NCBI GenBank assembly: GCA_038204425.1
Contig: JBBRCZ010000004.1
Location: 64,001 to 128,000, forward strand
Length of the DNA: 64,000 nucleotides
DNA from: Spirochaetia bacterium
Lineage (GTDB): Bacteria; Spirochaetota; Spirochaetia; DSM-27196; Salinispiraceae
Direction: 5' to 3'
In this document: piece by piece, positions 9,734 to 18,739 of the stretch
Numbering within the stretch: position 1 is the first letter of the stretch
How the letters are laid out: every line of letters begins with the position of its first letter
The notes under the pieces: model-generated
The model's database searches: none
What the model saw: only the letters and a program-made list of their open reading frames with translations
What the model was told of the DNA's origin: nothing
Made by a program: the position numbers and the translations under genes

Positions 9734-10597
9734 ATGTTAAAGAAACTCGGCACGGTATTCGTCATTCTCATGATGACTACCTTTGCCCAACAAGCCTTCT
9801 CTCAAACTGAGCCCATTTTTAGGATCGTACCCCATGCCGAGCTCGGCTTTGTTTCTGTTCTCAATCACGTCTACCGGGTAGGAACCGAAGCCAATGGCAA
9901 CACCACCTTTGATTTTGTAAAACAAGGTGCTCAGGATGTACTATTTCCTTATGCTCGCTTTTCAGTAGACGCTATTGTTGCATCGCAGCATCGATTTACG
10001 GTCCTCTATCAACCTCTTACAATTAAAACCCAAACAGTTGCTGGTCGCAACGGCACTGGTGCCGTGCAGATCGATGACGTCCTGTTTGCGCCAGGAACAC
10101 CGCTCAACCTGACCTATGGCTTTGACTTTTTTAGATTGAGCTATCTGTATGACTTTATTGCAGAAGAAGCCAGTCAGTTGGGAATTGGATTGAGTTTTCA
10201 ACTACGCAATGCCAACATAGACTTCTCGTCGGCCGACGGCCTACAAAGGGTAGTTCAGAACAATGTTGGCCTAGTTCCGATCATCAAAATTAAAGCAGCA
10301 CACCGATTTGCGCCCGAGTTTGGCATAGATTTTGAAGCAGATGGATTCTACGCCTCAAGCGCCGTCTTCAATGGAGCCGGAAGACCCTTTGAAGGCTGGA
10401 TCTGGGATGCTGCGCTGCGTCTAGAAAGTCAACTCATCGAGGGCGCAACTGCCTTTTTGTCTATACGAACCATAGGTGGAGGGGCTTCGGGCAATAACGC
10501 GTATGACAACGTGACAGCAACAACTAGTTCAGGAGCCGAAACCTACAATTCCTTGGCAACTTTGGCCGTTACCTTGGGTGTTTCATTGACACCCTAA
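9734..10597 (+). CDS. Hypothetical exported protein, probable outer-membrane beta-barrel
   Basis: AAGGAG RBS, signal peptide ending AFS, amphipathic beta-strand pattern rich in aromatics and Gly. Confidence 0.65.
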   Translation: MLKKLGTVFVILMMTTFAQQAFSQTEPIFRIVPHAELGFVSVLNHVYRVGTEANGNTTFDFVKQGAQDVLFPYARFSVDAIVASQHRFTVLYQPLTIKTQTVAGRNGTGAVQIDDVLFAPGTPLNLTYGFDFFRLSYLYDFIAEEASQLGIGLSFQLRNANIDFSSADGLQRVVQNNVGLVPIIKIKAAHRFAPEFGIDFEADGFYASSAVFNGAGRPFEGWIWDAALRLESQLIEGATAFLSIRTIGGGASGNNAYDNVTATTSSGAETYNSLATLAVTLGVSLTP

Positions 10598-11139
10598 ACT
10601 TGATTGTCTGACTTGGCTGCCTCTATTTTTTTGGCAGCCAAGCTTTTACGCTCCCTGACAAACATTACTATTACAAATGCAATAGCTCCAAATGTAATAG
10701 ACATATCGGCCACATTGAGTACCCCAGTAGAAACAGGACCAAAGCGGAACAACAAGAAGTCAGTTACCTTTCCAAATGCAATCCGGTCATAGAGATTGCT
10801 CGCACCGCCAGCCAAAAAGCAAGAAACGATGACTAGTTCCGCAATGCTCATTGCGCCAATTTTTGCGCACAACCAGATTAAGCCTGCCAAGGTTATCAAT
10901 GATGGCAGAAAAAGTAACATCAAAGTATGTAGCGGCCCTTCCAGCTTGGAGCCAAGGCCCAAAAACGCCCCTGTATTCTCTGCATAGGTAATAACTACGA
11001 TACCGCCGATGTATTCACTTGCCGGTCGACCCCTGACTTCTTCTCGGGCCCAGTGTTTAGTAATTTGATCTACGCTAGCGTTAAGACCAAATACCACGAG
11101 AACCAGCAATATTCGTGCAAAAAGTTGTTTTTTACTCAT
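10594..11139 (-). CDS. lspA: Lipoprotein signal peptidase II
   Basis: DQITK, ENTGAFLG, GGASNLYDR, VTDFL, NVAD motifs. GGAG RBS before the ATG at 11139. Confidence 0.92.
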   Translation of the reverse strand: MSKKQLFARILLVLVVFGLNASVDQITKHWAREEVRGRPASEYIGGIVVITYAENTGAFLGLGSKLEGPLHTLMLLFLPSLITLAGLIWLCAKIGAMSIAELVIVSCFLAGGASNLYDRIAFGKVTDFLLFRFGPVSTGVLNVADMSITFGAIAFVIVMFVRERKSLAAKKIEAAKSDNQV

Positions 11140-11236
11140 AGTTACTCCACAAAAAAAGGCGCTTGCGTAACAACGCAGGCGCCTGTGGATGATCACATAG
11201 CACATAGCTCTCAGTCAATGCTCTTGGACTAAGCTT

Positions 11237-11694
11237 TCAAAAGCTTGGCAGGGTGGAGCTGAAGCTATAGGAGTAGCTGGTGCTAGGAATTGCTTCGCCG
11301 TTGATAGTCCCCGTGTTTGCAACTGCTCGAGCAACATTTAGGACACCTTTAGTGGTAATAAGACTTGTCGTTTCGATAGGGTCAGGCACTACAAAGTCCA
11401 CTCCATCCCAATTGAGGTTACTAGTCGTAATTATGGCCAATTCGACGGTGCCATTGATTATGTAGTCCTTGCCTTCAAGGCTAGCTTTTACATCAGAATA
11501 GTTTGCATTGCCACTAAGGCCTTCTATGCTAGCTGTGCCGGTAAAGAAAATACTGCCACCGTTGGGACCACTGTAGGTTGTAGTAATTGCAATGCTTCGC
11601 GCACCTGTGCTGGACGGTGGCGCTGAGACTATCGATGGGCTCATGGCGCCTTTGCCCGCACTTTGGCCAATGCCACTAATATATTCTTCATCAT
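11237..11694 (-). pseudogene. Probable disrupted gene for an exported Thr/Ser/Gly-rich beta protein
   Basis: Purine-rich RBS-like GGAGAAGGA precedes a signal-peptide-like MMKNILVALA that stops after 17 codons (11641). The long Thr/Ser-rich ORF lies in another frame. Confidence 0.45.
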
Positions 11695-11863
11695 TCCTTC
11701 TCCCCAATAATGGACATTTTTGTTTAAACGCAACTGCTTGTGTATTTATTTACCTATGGCATAACGGTTCTTGTATTAGCGAGCAAGAAAATAGCTTAAA
11801 AACGGCTTGCCATTTTTAGAATGTCATCGCCATACTGTTGCCAGCTCATTTTAAGGACCAAGC

Positions 11864-12817
11864 ATGCCAAAAAAGTTAACAAACCCACATATTTGCCTGG
11901 TAGTACCCTGCCACAACGAAGCAGACACCTTACGGCTATTTCACCAGCAAGTTAGTCAAATAGTACAAAATCGTAACGAGACTTTTTCGTTTTCGTTTGT
12001 CAACGATGGCAGCAAAGATCAAACACTCGATATTCTTCGAGAGCTAGCCGACTTGGATCCACGAGTGCAGTACGCAAGTCTGTCACGCAATTTTGGCAAA
12101 GAAGCAGCACTTTCGGCCGGAATCGATGGCGCTGAGGGTGATGCTATAATTGTTATGGACTCAGACTTACAACATCCGCCAGAAATGATTCCAGCCATGG
12201 TAGACGCGTGGCTTGCTGGTGACTGCCAGGTGGTTGATTGCGTCAAAAAAAAGCGTGGTCGCGAATCAATCTTTTATAAATTTGCAGCCAACATCTTTAA
12301 CAAAATAATGTCCGAGTCAGCCGCCATGAACCTACGTTCGTCATCAGACTTCAAGTTGCTAGACCGTAGCGTAGTTGAAGTCTTGCGTCGAATCCCAGAA
12401 AGGACTCGCTTTTTTCGTGGACTCACCGAATGGGCTGGCTTTGTCCACAAACGAATCGAGTTTAACGTAGCCGAACGCGTAGGTGGTGTTAGATCTTGGT
12501 CATTTAAAAGTCTGCTACGCTACTCTATCAACAATATTCTCATTTTTTCTTCTACACCGCTTCGCTTGATTTCAGCATTGGGAATGTGGACGGTACTTGG
12601 ATCGGTTATCTTGGCAATTCAAACCATAGTCACCTTTGCATTAGGAAACGCCGTCGAAGGCTTTACGACGGTTATCTTGGCGATATCGTTCTTTTCGGGA
12701 ATGATTTTGATCTGCCTTGGCATTATGGGCGAGTATCTTGCTCGCATGTATGACGAACTTAAGGCTAGGCCAAGCTACATCATCGCCGAAAAAAATCAAA
12801 ACAAAGAAGGTAAGTGA
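11864..12817 (+). CDS. Glycosyltransferase family 2, GtrB-like bactoprenol glycosyltransferase
   Basis: VVPCHNE, VNDGSKD, SRNFGKEAAL, MDSDLQHPPE, two C-terminal TM helices, GEYLARMYDELKARP. Confidence 0.92.
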   Translation: MPKKLTNPHICLVVPCHNEADTLRLFHQQVSQIVQNRNETFSFSFVNDGSKDQTLDILRELADLDPRVQYASLSRNFGKEAALSAGIDGAEGDAIIVMDSDLQHPPEMIPAMVDAWLAGDCQVVDCVKKKRGRESIFYKFAANIFNKIMSESAAMNLRSSSDFKLLDRSVVEVLRRIPERTRFFRGLTEWAGFVHKRIEFNVAERVGGVRSWSFKSLLRYSINNILIFSSTPLRLISALGMWTVLGSVILAIQTIVTFALGNAVEGFTTVILAISFFSGMILICLGIMGEYLARMYDELKARPSYIIAEKNQNKEGK

Positions 12818-13665
12818 GAATGAACCCTATCGATTTCCTAAGCGCTACGGTACTTGGTATAGTTGAAGGACTTACCGAGTTTTTGCCTATATCGTCCACT
12901 GGCCACTTAATTTTGTTCAATCAATGGTTTAAGTTTGAATCGGTTGCCTTCACCAATATGTTCAATATTGTCATCCAAAGTGGCGCAATTCTTGCCGTTA
13001 TTCTATCGTTTCGCAAACGCCTATTTCCAGTCTATAAAAGTCAGGATCTTGTCCAGAAGCAAGCTGTCTATCAACTGTGGCTCAAAGCATTTATCGCCTT
13101 TGTACCAACTGCTGTGATAGCGTTTTTGGGCTCGGACTTTATCGACACCTATCTCTTTAAACCAGGGGTGGTCATAGCTGCGCTAGCCTTTTGGGGTATT
13201 GTCATTATTGTAATAGAGCGTTTTATCAAGGGTGGCAGATTAAACCAAAGATATGACACGGTGGCAGATTTAACTATCCCAGTAGTACTAGCAATTGGGT
13301 TTATTCAGTGCCTTGGCATGATACCCGGGACCAGTCGATCGGCAGCCACTATAATTGGCGCCTTGCTCTTGGGTGCAAGCCGAGTTGCTGCAGTAGAATT
13401 TAGCTTTTTTCTCGGTATTCCCACGCTCTTGGCTGCTGGCGCTTACTCGCTCTACAAACAGTTGCGCGCAGGACTTGTTTTGGGCCTCAACGATATCCTT
13501 GTACTTATTACAGGGCTTGTAGTATCTTTTGTGGTAGCATGGGCGGTTATAGCATTTTTGATGCGTTTCATCCAAAAGAGGGATTTTGAGGTCTTTGGAT
13601 GGTATCGAATTGGGCTTGCTGTGGTCGTGCTAATAGTGTTTGGACTAATCAATGTCCAGTTATAA
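12814..13665 (+). CDS. uppP: Undecaprenyl-diphosphate phosphatase
   Basis: GIVEGLTEFLPISSTGHL and PGTSRSAATI BacA signatures. Confidence 0.96.
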   Translation: MRMNPIDFLSATVLGIVEGLTEFLPISSTGHLILFNQWFKFESVAFTNMFNIVIQSGAILAVILSFRKRLFPVYKSQDLVQKQAVYQLWLKAFIAFVPTAVIAFLGSDFIDTYLFKPGVVIAALAFWGIVIIVIERFIKGGRLNQRYDTVADLTIPVVLAIGFIQCLGMIPGTSRSAATIIGALLLGASRVAAVEFSFFLGIPTLLAAGAYSLYKQLRAGLVLGLNDILVLITGLVVSFVVAWAVIAFLMRFIQKRDFEVFGWYRIGLAVVVLIVFGLINVQL

Positions 13666-13680
13666 GAAAGTGAGGAATCC

Positions 13681-14208
13681 ATGAAAAAAATCGGAAGCAC
13701 AAAGGCATTATTAATTGCCATCATTTTGCTGTCCTTTGGTGCAGTGCAGGGTCTCAGTGCTCAAACAGCCCATGATCCCGGGTTTAAGCTCGGCCTCGTC
13801 GGCGGCTATCCATCAGGTGTTTCGATAGCCTATCGCTTTGACAAAGACTTTGAAATGAACGGTCTTATCGGCACCAACTGGGGCAGCGCCTTTTTGGGTA
13901 CCGACGCGTTGTTCCGCTTGGCAGATGTCGTGATTGGTGGTGAAATATTACCATTGTCGCTTGGGCCAGCAGCCTACATAGGCATTCAATTTAATAGCAA
14001 CCTTTATTGGGGAGCGTTTGTTAAGCTGCATTGGGAGTACACGTTCAAAAGAGTGCCGTTCAATGTCTTTATTGAAATTGGTGGCGGCGCCTCTTCAAGC
14101 TATTACAGCTTCTATAACTCCTCACCCGTTGGCTTTGACTGGATTTCTGCTGCAGGGTTTAGAATAGTGTTTGATCACCCCAGCATGTCGCCAGTCGTCA
14201 TCAAGTAA
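13681..14208 (+). CDS. Hypothetical exported small beta-barrel protein (DUF3996/BAPKO_0422-like)
   Basis: Signal peptide, GLVGGYPSG, PFNVFIEIG, terminal AAGFRIVF strand. Confidence 0.55.
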   Translation: MKKIGSTKALLIAIILLSFGAVQGLSAQTAHDPGFKLGLVGGYPSGVSIAYRFDKDFEMNGLIGTNWGSAFLGTDALFRLADVVIGGEILPLSLGPAAYIGIQFNSNLYWGAFVKLHWEYTFKRVPFNVFIEIGGGASSSYYSFYNSSPVGFDWISAAGFRIVFDHPSMSPVVIK

Positions 14209-14243
14209 AAGGGCTATACTTTTCTATTGGCACAATAAGTATT

Positions 14244-14276
14244 GGTGCCTCGTCAGCAAAGAGCTGACGAGGCACC
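14244..14276. terminator. Hairpin between convergent genes, probable intrinsic terminator
   Basis: Perfect 14-bp stem GGTGCCTCGTCAGC-AAAGA-GCTGACGAGGCACC. Confidence 0.75.
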
Positions 14277-14314
14277 CAATTTAAAAAAAACGAATTAGCT
14301 TTTATTCACACTGT

Positions 14315-14431
14315 CTATTCAGTGCTGCTGGATTTTTTGTCTTGCTTTTCCTGTTTTTCTTTTCGCTTTTCTTTGATCGACTTCTGAGGTTCCTTTTTAG
14401 GTTCCTTCTTCTGCTTACTTTTCTCGCCCAT
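14315..14431 (-). CDS. Small Lys/Glu-rich protein (38 aa), not in the ORF track
   Basis: AAGGAG 6 nt before ATG. MGEKSKQKKEPKKEPQKSIKEKRKEKQEKQDKKSSSTE*. Followed by the 14244-14276 hairpin. Confidence 0.7.
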   Translation of the reverse strand: MGEKSKQKKEPKKEPQKSIKEKRKEKQEKQDKKSSSTE

Positions 14432-14511
14432 TTTATACTCCTTTGCTTAGTATAGTATATTTGAAAATATAGCGTTACTGACCCAGACATGAAACTATAA
14501 GTTTTAAAAAA

Positions 14512-14540
14512 TTGACAAAAGGTTAAGTCTTTTGTAATTT
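14512..14540 (+). promoter_or_regulatory. Putative sigma70 promoter
   Basis: TTGACA-N17-TAATTT in AT-rich DNA upstream of the glycosyltransferase. Confidence 0.5.
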
Positions 14541-14596
14541 ATTTTTCAGTTGTCGACCAAGATATAATATAGTATTATTCCGCACTATGGTTATTA

Positions 14597-15808
14597 GTGC
14601 TGACTTGTTCAAAAAAGGTGTTTCGTAGCGTGTTCAGGAATAAGCCAAAAAAAAGAGTTCTAGTGCCGTATTATGCGGCAGGTTACGGACACGTTTCCTT
14701 TGCCAAGGCGTTGGTTCACCACCTTAAAGCGTTGAGACCAGAATGGGAATATCGGCTTTTTGATCCTGGCAAAGAGCTTGCCGACCAAAATTTGGATCAC
14801 GCATATGTAGAACAATGGCGCAATATTCTTGCACTCCCGTGGATTGTAAAAAAATCAATTTTTGCTTTGGAGCCTGTCTTTGCCGGAATCTACCTAGGCA
14901 ATCACCGTCGCATCGTCGCCCAAGCCACCCCCCAGGCGGCCCGTTTTTTGGCCGAGTGGAAGCCCGATGCGATAGTTCCTACCCATTGGGGCTGCAGTCA
15001 CCTTTTTGCAGCGGCGCGAGAATTGCCTGACGCCCAGGGCATTCGCCCACCAATTTGGTATGTGTATTCGGAGCTTGGCGGTCATTATCGTTTGCTCAAC
15101 TGCGGTGCAGATCATTATTTTGCCCTGACGGCCTTAGCAAAGGAAGACTTAATTTCTACCGGAATAGAACCAGGCAAAATAGAAGTCATTGACTTTATTA
15201 TTCAGTCTTATCTTCAAGAGCGCCTCTCACTGACTCATGATCCTGTTCTTCGAGTACAAGCGCGACGAGAGCTCGGCCTAGATCCCGAGCGTTATACCGT
15301 GCTTTATTCTCTTGGCGGAGAGGGTATTGGTAGTGCGATGGACTTTTTATCTGACTATTACCATAATGGAAAAAGTGCTCAGATTATTGTACTAACCGGC
15401 AAGAACAACCAATTAAAAAAGAAGATCGAGCGTTCTCTTCCTTATCGCACCGGCCGTGCTTTGATAAGAGCCTATTCTTTTATGCCTGATCTAACCAAAA
15501 TATTTATGGCATGCGACGCCCAAGCTGGAAAGTCAGGTACCTGCAGTGTTATGGAAGCGATCAAGATGCACAAACCGCTGGTCATTTGCCAGCCAGGCGC
15601 TCCCAACGAAGAAGAAAATATGAAGTATGTTACCAGCCAAGGAATGGGCTGGTACACACCAAAGCCACGCATGTTTACTGACATGGTAGAAGAACTTGCA
15701 CTTGGAAGCGACAGAGTTAGCCTAGCGCTAGGCAAGCTTTCACAAGTAGGCGATGGCAATGGCGCTGCAAGGATTGCCGAATACGTTGTCAAATCACTTA
15801 GCAAATAG
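14597..15808 (+). CDS. MGDG synthase / UgtP-like glycosyltransferase (GT28)
   Basis: AAGYGHVS, PDAIVPTH, TGKNNQL, GKSGTCSVMEA, NEEENM. Start uncertain. Confidence 0.8.
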   Translation: MLTCSKKVFRSVFRNKPKKRVLVPYYAAGYGHVSFAKALVHHLKALRPEWEYRLFDPGKELADQNLDHAYVEQWRNILALPWIVKKSIFALEPVFAGIYLGNHRRIVAQATPQAARFLAEWKPDAIVPTHWGCSHLFAAARELPDAQGIRPPIWYVYSELGGHYRLLNCGADHYFALTALAKEDLISTGIEPGKIEVIDFIIQSYLQERLSLTHDPVLRVQARRELGLDPERYTVLYSLGGEGIGSAMDFLSDYYHNGKSAQIIVLTGKNNQLKKKIERSLPYRTGRALIRAYSFMPDLTKIFMACDAQAGKSGTCSVMEAIKMHKPLVICQPGAPNEEENMKYVTSQGMGWYTPKPRMFTDMVEELALGSDRVSLALGKLSQVGDGNGAARIAEYVVKSLSK

Positions 15809-16715
15809 AGCAGTCTGCCGCTTTGCTCCAACATGTTCGGGGTCTGCCCATCCTGGCACCTTGTTGGCAGCCATGTTGGCATATTTGGATGCCAAAAAAA
15901 ACGACGCACGCTTTGTTCTACGCATGGAGGATATTGATCCCTCAAGTGTCACTGATCATTGGCGCTCAACCTTGCTCAAGGATCTAGAGTGGTTTGATAT
16001 CAAGGGCGACTGCTTTAGCTGGCAATCAGAAAACACGAGTGCCCATGAGTCTATGATGGACCAGCTGGCTCTCACCCAGCGTCTGTATGCATGCAACTGT
16101 AGTCGAGCTAAAATTGCACGTGCTGGCCAGGCATCTTTAGCCGGCGGCTGGGTCTATCCTGGAACCTGCAGATCCTTGACTTTGCAAGATTGGCGGTCTT
16201 CAAATGCTAATATTCGCATCAACTTGGAAGGCATAAAGATTAGTCTCAAAGACCAATCGGGAGCTGATCTCAGTCAAGAGCCGAGCATTGCAATGGGCGA
16301 CCCGCTGCTTGTCAGAAAAGACGGCAGCTTTACCTATCATTTGGCGGTGGTAGCAGACGATCATTTGGCTGGTGTAAATCGGATAGTTCGTGGTCGTGAC
16401 CTTGCAAGCTCCAGTGCCATTCAGGTGGCCCTGCGACAGCTGCTAGGCTGGCCAGTTCCAAGCTACCGGCATCACCTGCTGCTCTTAGAAGAACGGGGAC
16501 AAAAATTTGCTAAATTTCATGGAGCTGTCTGTTTGACCGACTTGCAAAAGCACTATTCACCTGACCAGCTCCGTGGTGTTCTGGCCCATGCTTGTGGACT
16601 TATTGGCCAAGCCCGCGAACTAAGCTTTCATGCGGCGTTGTCGGTGTTTGATTGGCAGTCGGTTAGGTCTGACGACCTCGTTATGCACTGGGACGGTAAG
16701 CGCTTAAGTTTTTGA
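15786..16715 (+). CDS. gluQ: Glutamyl-Q tRNA(Asp) synthetase (GluRS catalytic-domain paralogue)
   Basis: RFAPTCSGSAHPGT, LRMEDID, CNCSR..YPGTCR, YHLAVVADD, VRGRDL, KFAK. No anticodon-binding domain. TTG start is inferred. Confidence 0.85.
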   Translation: MSNHLANRAVCRFAPTCSGSAHPGTLLAAMLAYLDAKKNDARFVLRMEDIDPSSVTDHWRSTLLKDLEWFDIKGDCFSWQSENTSAHESMMDQLALTQRLYACNCSRAKIARAGQASLAGGWVYPGTCRSLTLQDWRSSNANIRINLEGIKISLKDQSGADLSQEPSIAMGDPLLVRKDGSFTYHLAVVADDHLAGVNRIVRGRDLASSSAIQVALRQLLGWPVPSYRHHLLLLEERGQKFAKFHGAVCLTDLQKHYSPDQLRGVLAHACGLIGQARELSFHAALSVFDWQSVRSDDLVMHWDGKRLSF

Positions 16716-16718
16716 CCA

Positions 16719-17660
16719 CTAAGCTTGTTTGCGTCCAATCAAAACAAGCGGCTCAATCTCTGGCCAAGCTGGGTCAGACCCGGCAATATGGCAGCGAACA
16801 TCAAGAAAACCACACTGCCCGAGCCAATCAATTAAGTCATTTTGGTCAAAACCCAGCCAAAAATCTGCAAACCGCTCTTTGATCCACTCTTGATTATGGG
16901 CATGCAAATCAAGTATCAGAAGTCGGCCTCCATCTTTTAGCAAACGCCAAGCCTCTTGAATGACCGCTCGCGGTTGAGCAGCATGATGTAGGGCATGGCT
17001 AACGACCACCAGATCCCAAGAATTGGCGGCCAAACCAGTTGCTTCCATGGGGGCCTTTTTAAAGCTCAGGTTTGGCAGCGCCAAGCCTGCATGCAGCGAT
17101 TGCGCCCCACTTATCTGTTCATCACTATTGTCTATTCCAGTAACTCGATTACCACTTGCCGCCAACATGGCCGACAAGCGTCCAACACCGCAACCAAGGT
17201 CAACTACGTCAAGCTCGCTGATTAACTCAATCAATCCACGGCCAAGCGCCTCCCAAGTCTGCCCTGGACTTACTTGGTTCTGAGCCTCCCGGCTGGCAAA
17301 AAAGCTGAGCGAAGCTTCTCTGCGACGTTCAAAAATATCCAACAGACGTCTCTGGTCACGTTCGTGCCATTCGTAGGCCTGGGCTTGCTGCAAAACTTCG
17401 TCGCAGATTCTGCGCGTAAATTCATCATCAAAAGTTTGGCTGAGTCGATAGTAAACGAATTGGTTTTCTTTACGGAAGCTAACTAAGTTTGCCTCTTTGA
17501 GCTGTCCCAGTTGGGTAGAAAGTGTTGACTGCCCAATTCGCAGCACTTCGGTTAGTTCCTTGACAGTAAGTTCGTTTCCCTGAAGTACCGAGAGTATCCT
17601 CAAGCGAGTTTGATCGCCCAAAAGCTTGAGAACTAAGGTTATGTCGCGATCACTGTGCAT
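16719..17660 (-). CDS. ArsR-family regulator fused to a SAM-dependent methyltransferase domain (SahR-like)
   Basis: N-terminal ArsR wHTH (TRLRIL..ELTVKEL..QSTLSTQL). C-terminal VVDLGCGVG, HALHHA, GGRLLILDL, WLGF. Confidence 0.9.
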   Translation of the reverse strand: MHSDRDITLVLKLLGDQTRLRILSVLQGNELTVKELTEVLRIGQSTLSTQLGQLKEANLVSFRKENQFVYYRLSQTFDDEFTRRICDEVLQQAQAYEWHERDQRRLLDIFERRREASLSFFASREAQNQVSPGQTWEALGRGLIELISELDVVDLGCGVGRLSAMLAASGNRVTGIDNSDEQISGAQSLHAGLALPNLSFKKAPMEATGLAANSWDLVVVSHALHHAAQPRAVIQEAWRLLKDGGRLLILDLHAHNQEWIKERFADFWLGFDQNDLIDWLGQCGFLDVRCHIAGSDPAWPEIEPLVLIGRKQA

Positions 17661-17701
17661 AAGACCCTTAGCATAGCACAGCTGGCCCGGTACAAGCTAC
17701 C

Positions 17702-17730
17702 TTGACATTGGTGACTACTGTGCGTAATTT
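17702..17730 (+). promoter_or_regulatory. Putative sigma70 promoter of the pan/coa operon
   Basis: TTGACA-N17-TAATTT. Confidence 0.65.
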
Positions 17731-17738
17731 AGAAGCAT

Positions 17739-17893
17739 CGCTTTCCCATATGGCAAGCGCACTGTCTCCCGAGAGGACCCTATCCAGTTGGAAGGGTACC
17801 GGCAAGGAACTGACAGCCCACGCCCGTGATCTAGCAATCACAGACTTGTGCCGTTCTACCCTGCTCCTTTTTCGGGAGTTGAGAGGAGACGGT
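17739..17893 (+). ncRNA. Structured 5' leader of panB, candidate cis-regulatory RNA (pan-motif-like)
   Basis: Several hairpins plus long-range pairing ACTGTCTCC (17761-69) with GGAGACGGT (17885-93) covering the RBS. Confidence 0.5.
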
Positions 17894-18739
17894 ATGTTTA
17901 CTATTCCTGATTTTCAAAAGAAGAAGCAAAAAGGGCAGCCCTTGGTTTTGCTGACTTGCTACGATGCTTGGTCGGCAAGCCTCTTGGAAGCAAGCAGTCT
18001 AGACGCTGTCTTAGTTGGTGACAGTGTGGCGATGGTCGTGCATGGCTTGCCCGACACCTTGGCGGCCGACATGGATATGATGTGTCTCCACACTGCCTCG
18101 GTCAGACGTGGTTCTGACAAGCTTTGCATAATAGCCGACATGCCCTTTATGGCTAGTCGCGCCAGCGTCAAAGAAGGCATGCACAACGCTGCCCGCTTAA
18201 TGCGCTGCGGTGCGCAGGCAGTAAAAATAGAAGGTTGGCGAGGGCACCAAAAGCTCATTCCACGCTTGGTCGACGCTGGTATTCCTGTAATGGGACACCT
18301 CGGCTTGCTGCCCCAGTCGGTACATCTTAGCGGCGGCTATAAAGTGCAAGGTCGTGATCAATCTGCTGCAGACACCTTAGTCAAAGAGGCCCAAGAACTA
18401 GAAAAAGCGGGTTGTTTTTCTGTAGTTCTAGAATGTGTTCCAAGCTCACTTGCCAAAGCCGTTTCTAAAGTAGTCAAAATTCCTGTTATTGGCATTGGCG
18501 CTGGCAATCAAACCGACGGCCAAATATTGGTCTTCCACGACTTACTTGGGCTGGGCACGCGCCCACTGCCACGTTTTGTAAGACAAGTTCTCAATGCCAA
18601 CACTCAAATGTTAGACGCCGTCGAGAGTTACTGCAGTCTTGTCCGTCAAGGTGACTTTCCCAATATCGCTGAATCTTACGGTGAATCATACGATCAATCA
18701 AACAGCGAATCCACCAGTGCCGAGGCTCAACATGGCTAG
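17894..18739 (+). CDS. panB: 3-methyl-2-oxobutanoate hydroxymethyltransferase
   Basis: LTCYDA, LVGDS, ADMPF, AVKIEG, VMGHLGLLPQS, GGYKVQGR, IGIGAG..DGQILV. GAGGAG RBS before the ATG at 17894. Confidence 0.97.
   Translation: MFTIPDFQKKKQKGQPLVLLTCYDAWSASLLEASSLDAVLVGDSVAMVVHGLPDTLAADMDMMCLHTASVRRGSDKLCIIADMPFMASRASVKEGMHNAARLMRCGAQAVKIEGWRGHQKLIPRLVDAGIPVMGHLGLLPQSVHLSGGYKVQGRDQSAADTLVKEAQELEKAGCFSVVLECVPSSLAKAVSKVVKIPVIGIGAGNQTDGQILVFHDLLGLGTRPLPRFVRQVLNANTQMLDAVESYCSLVRQGDFPNIAESYGESYDQSNSESTSAEAQHG

Noticed and set aside
14302..14490. 62-aa minus-strand ORF in the track
   Set aside because: No RBS. The overlapping 38-aa ORF in another frame has a canonical AAGGAG.
17702..17893. 64-aa N-terminal extension of PanB in the ORF track
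   Set aside because: Its TTG is the -35 box. PanB similarity and a strong RBS begin at 17894.
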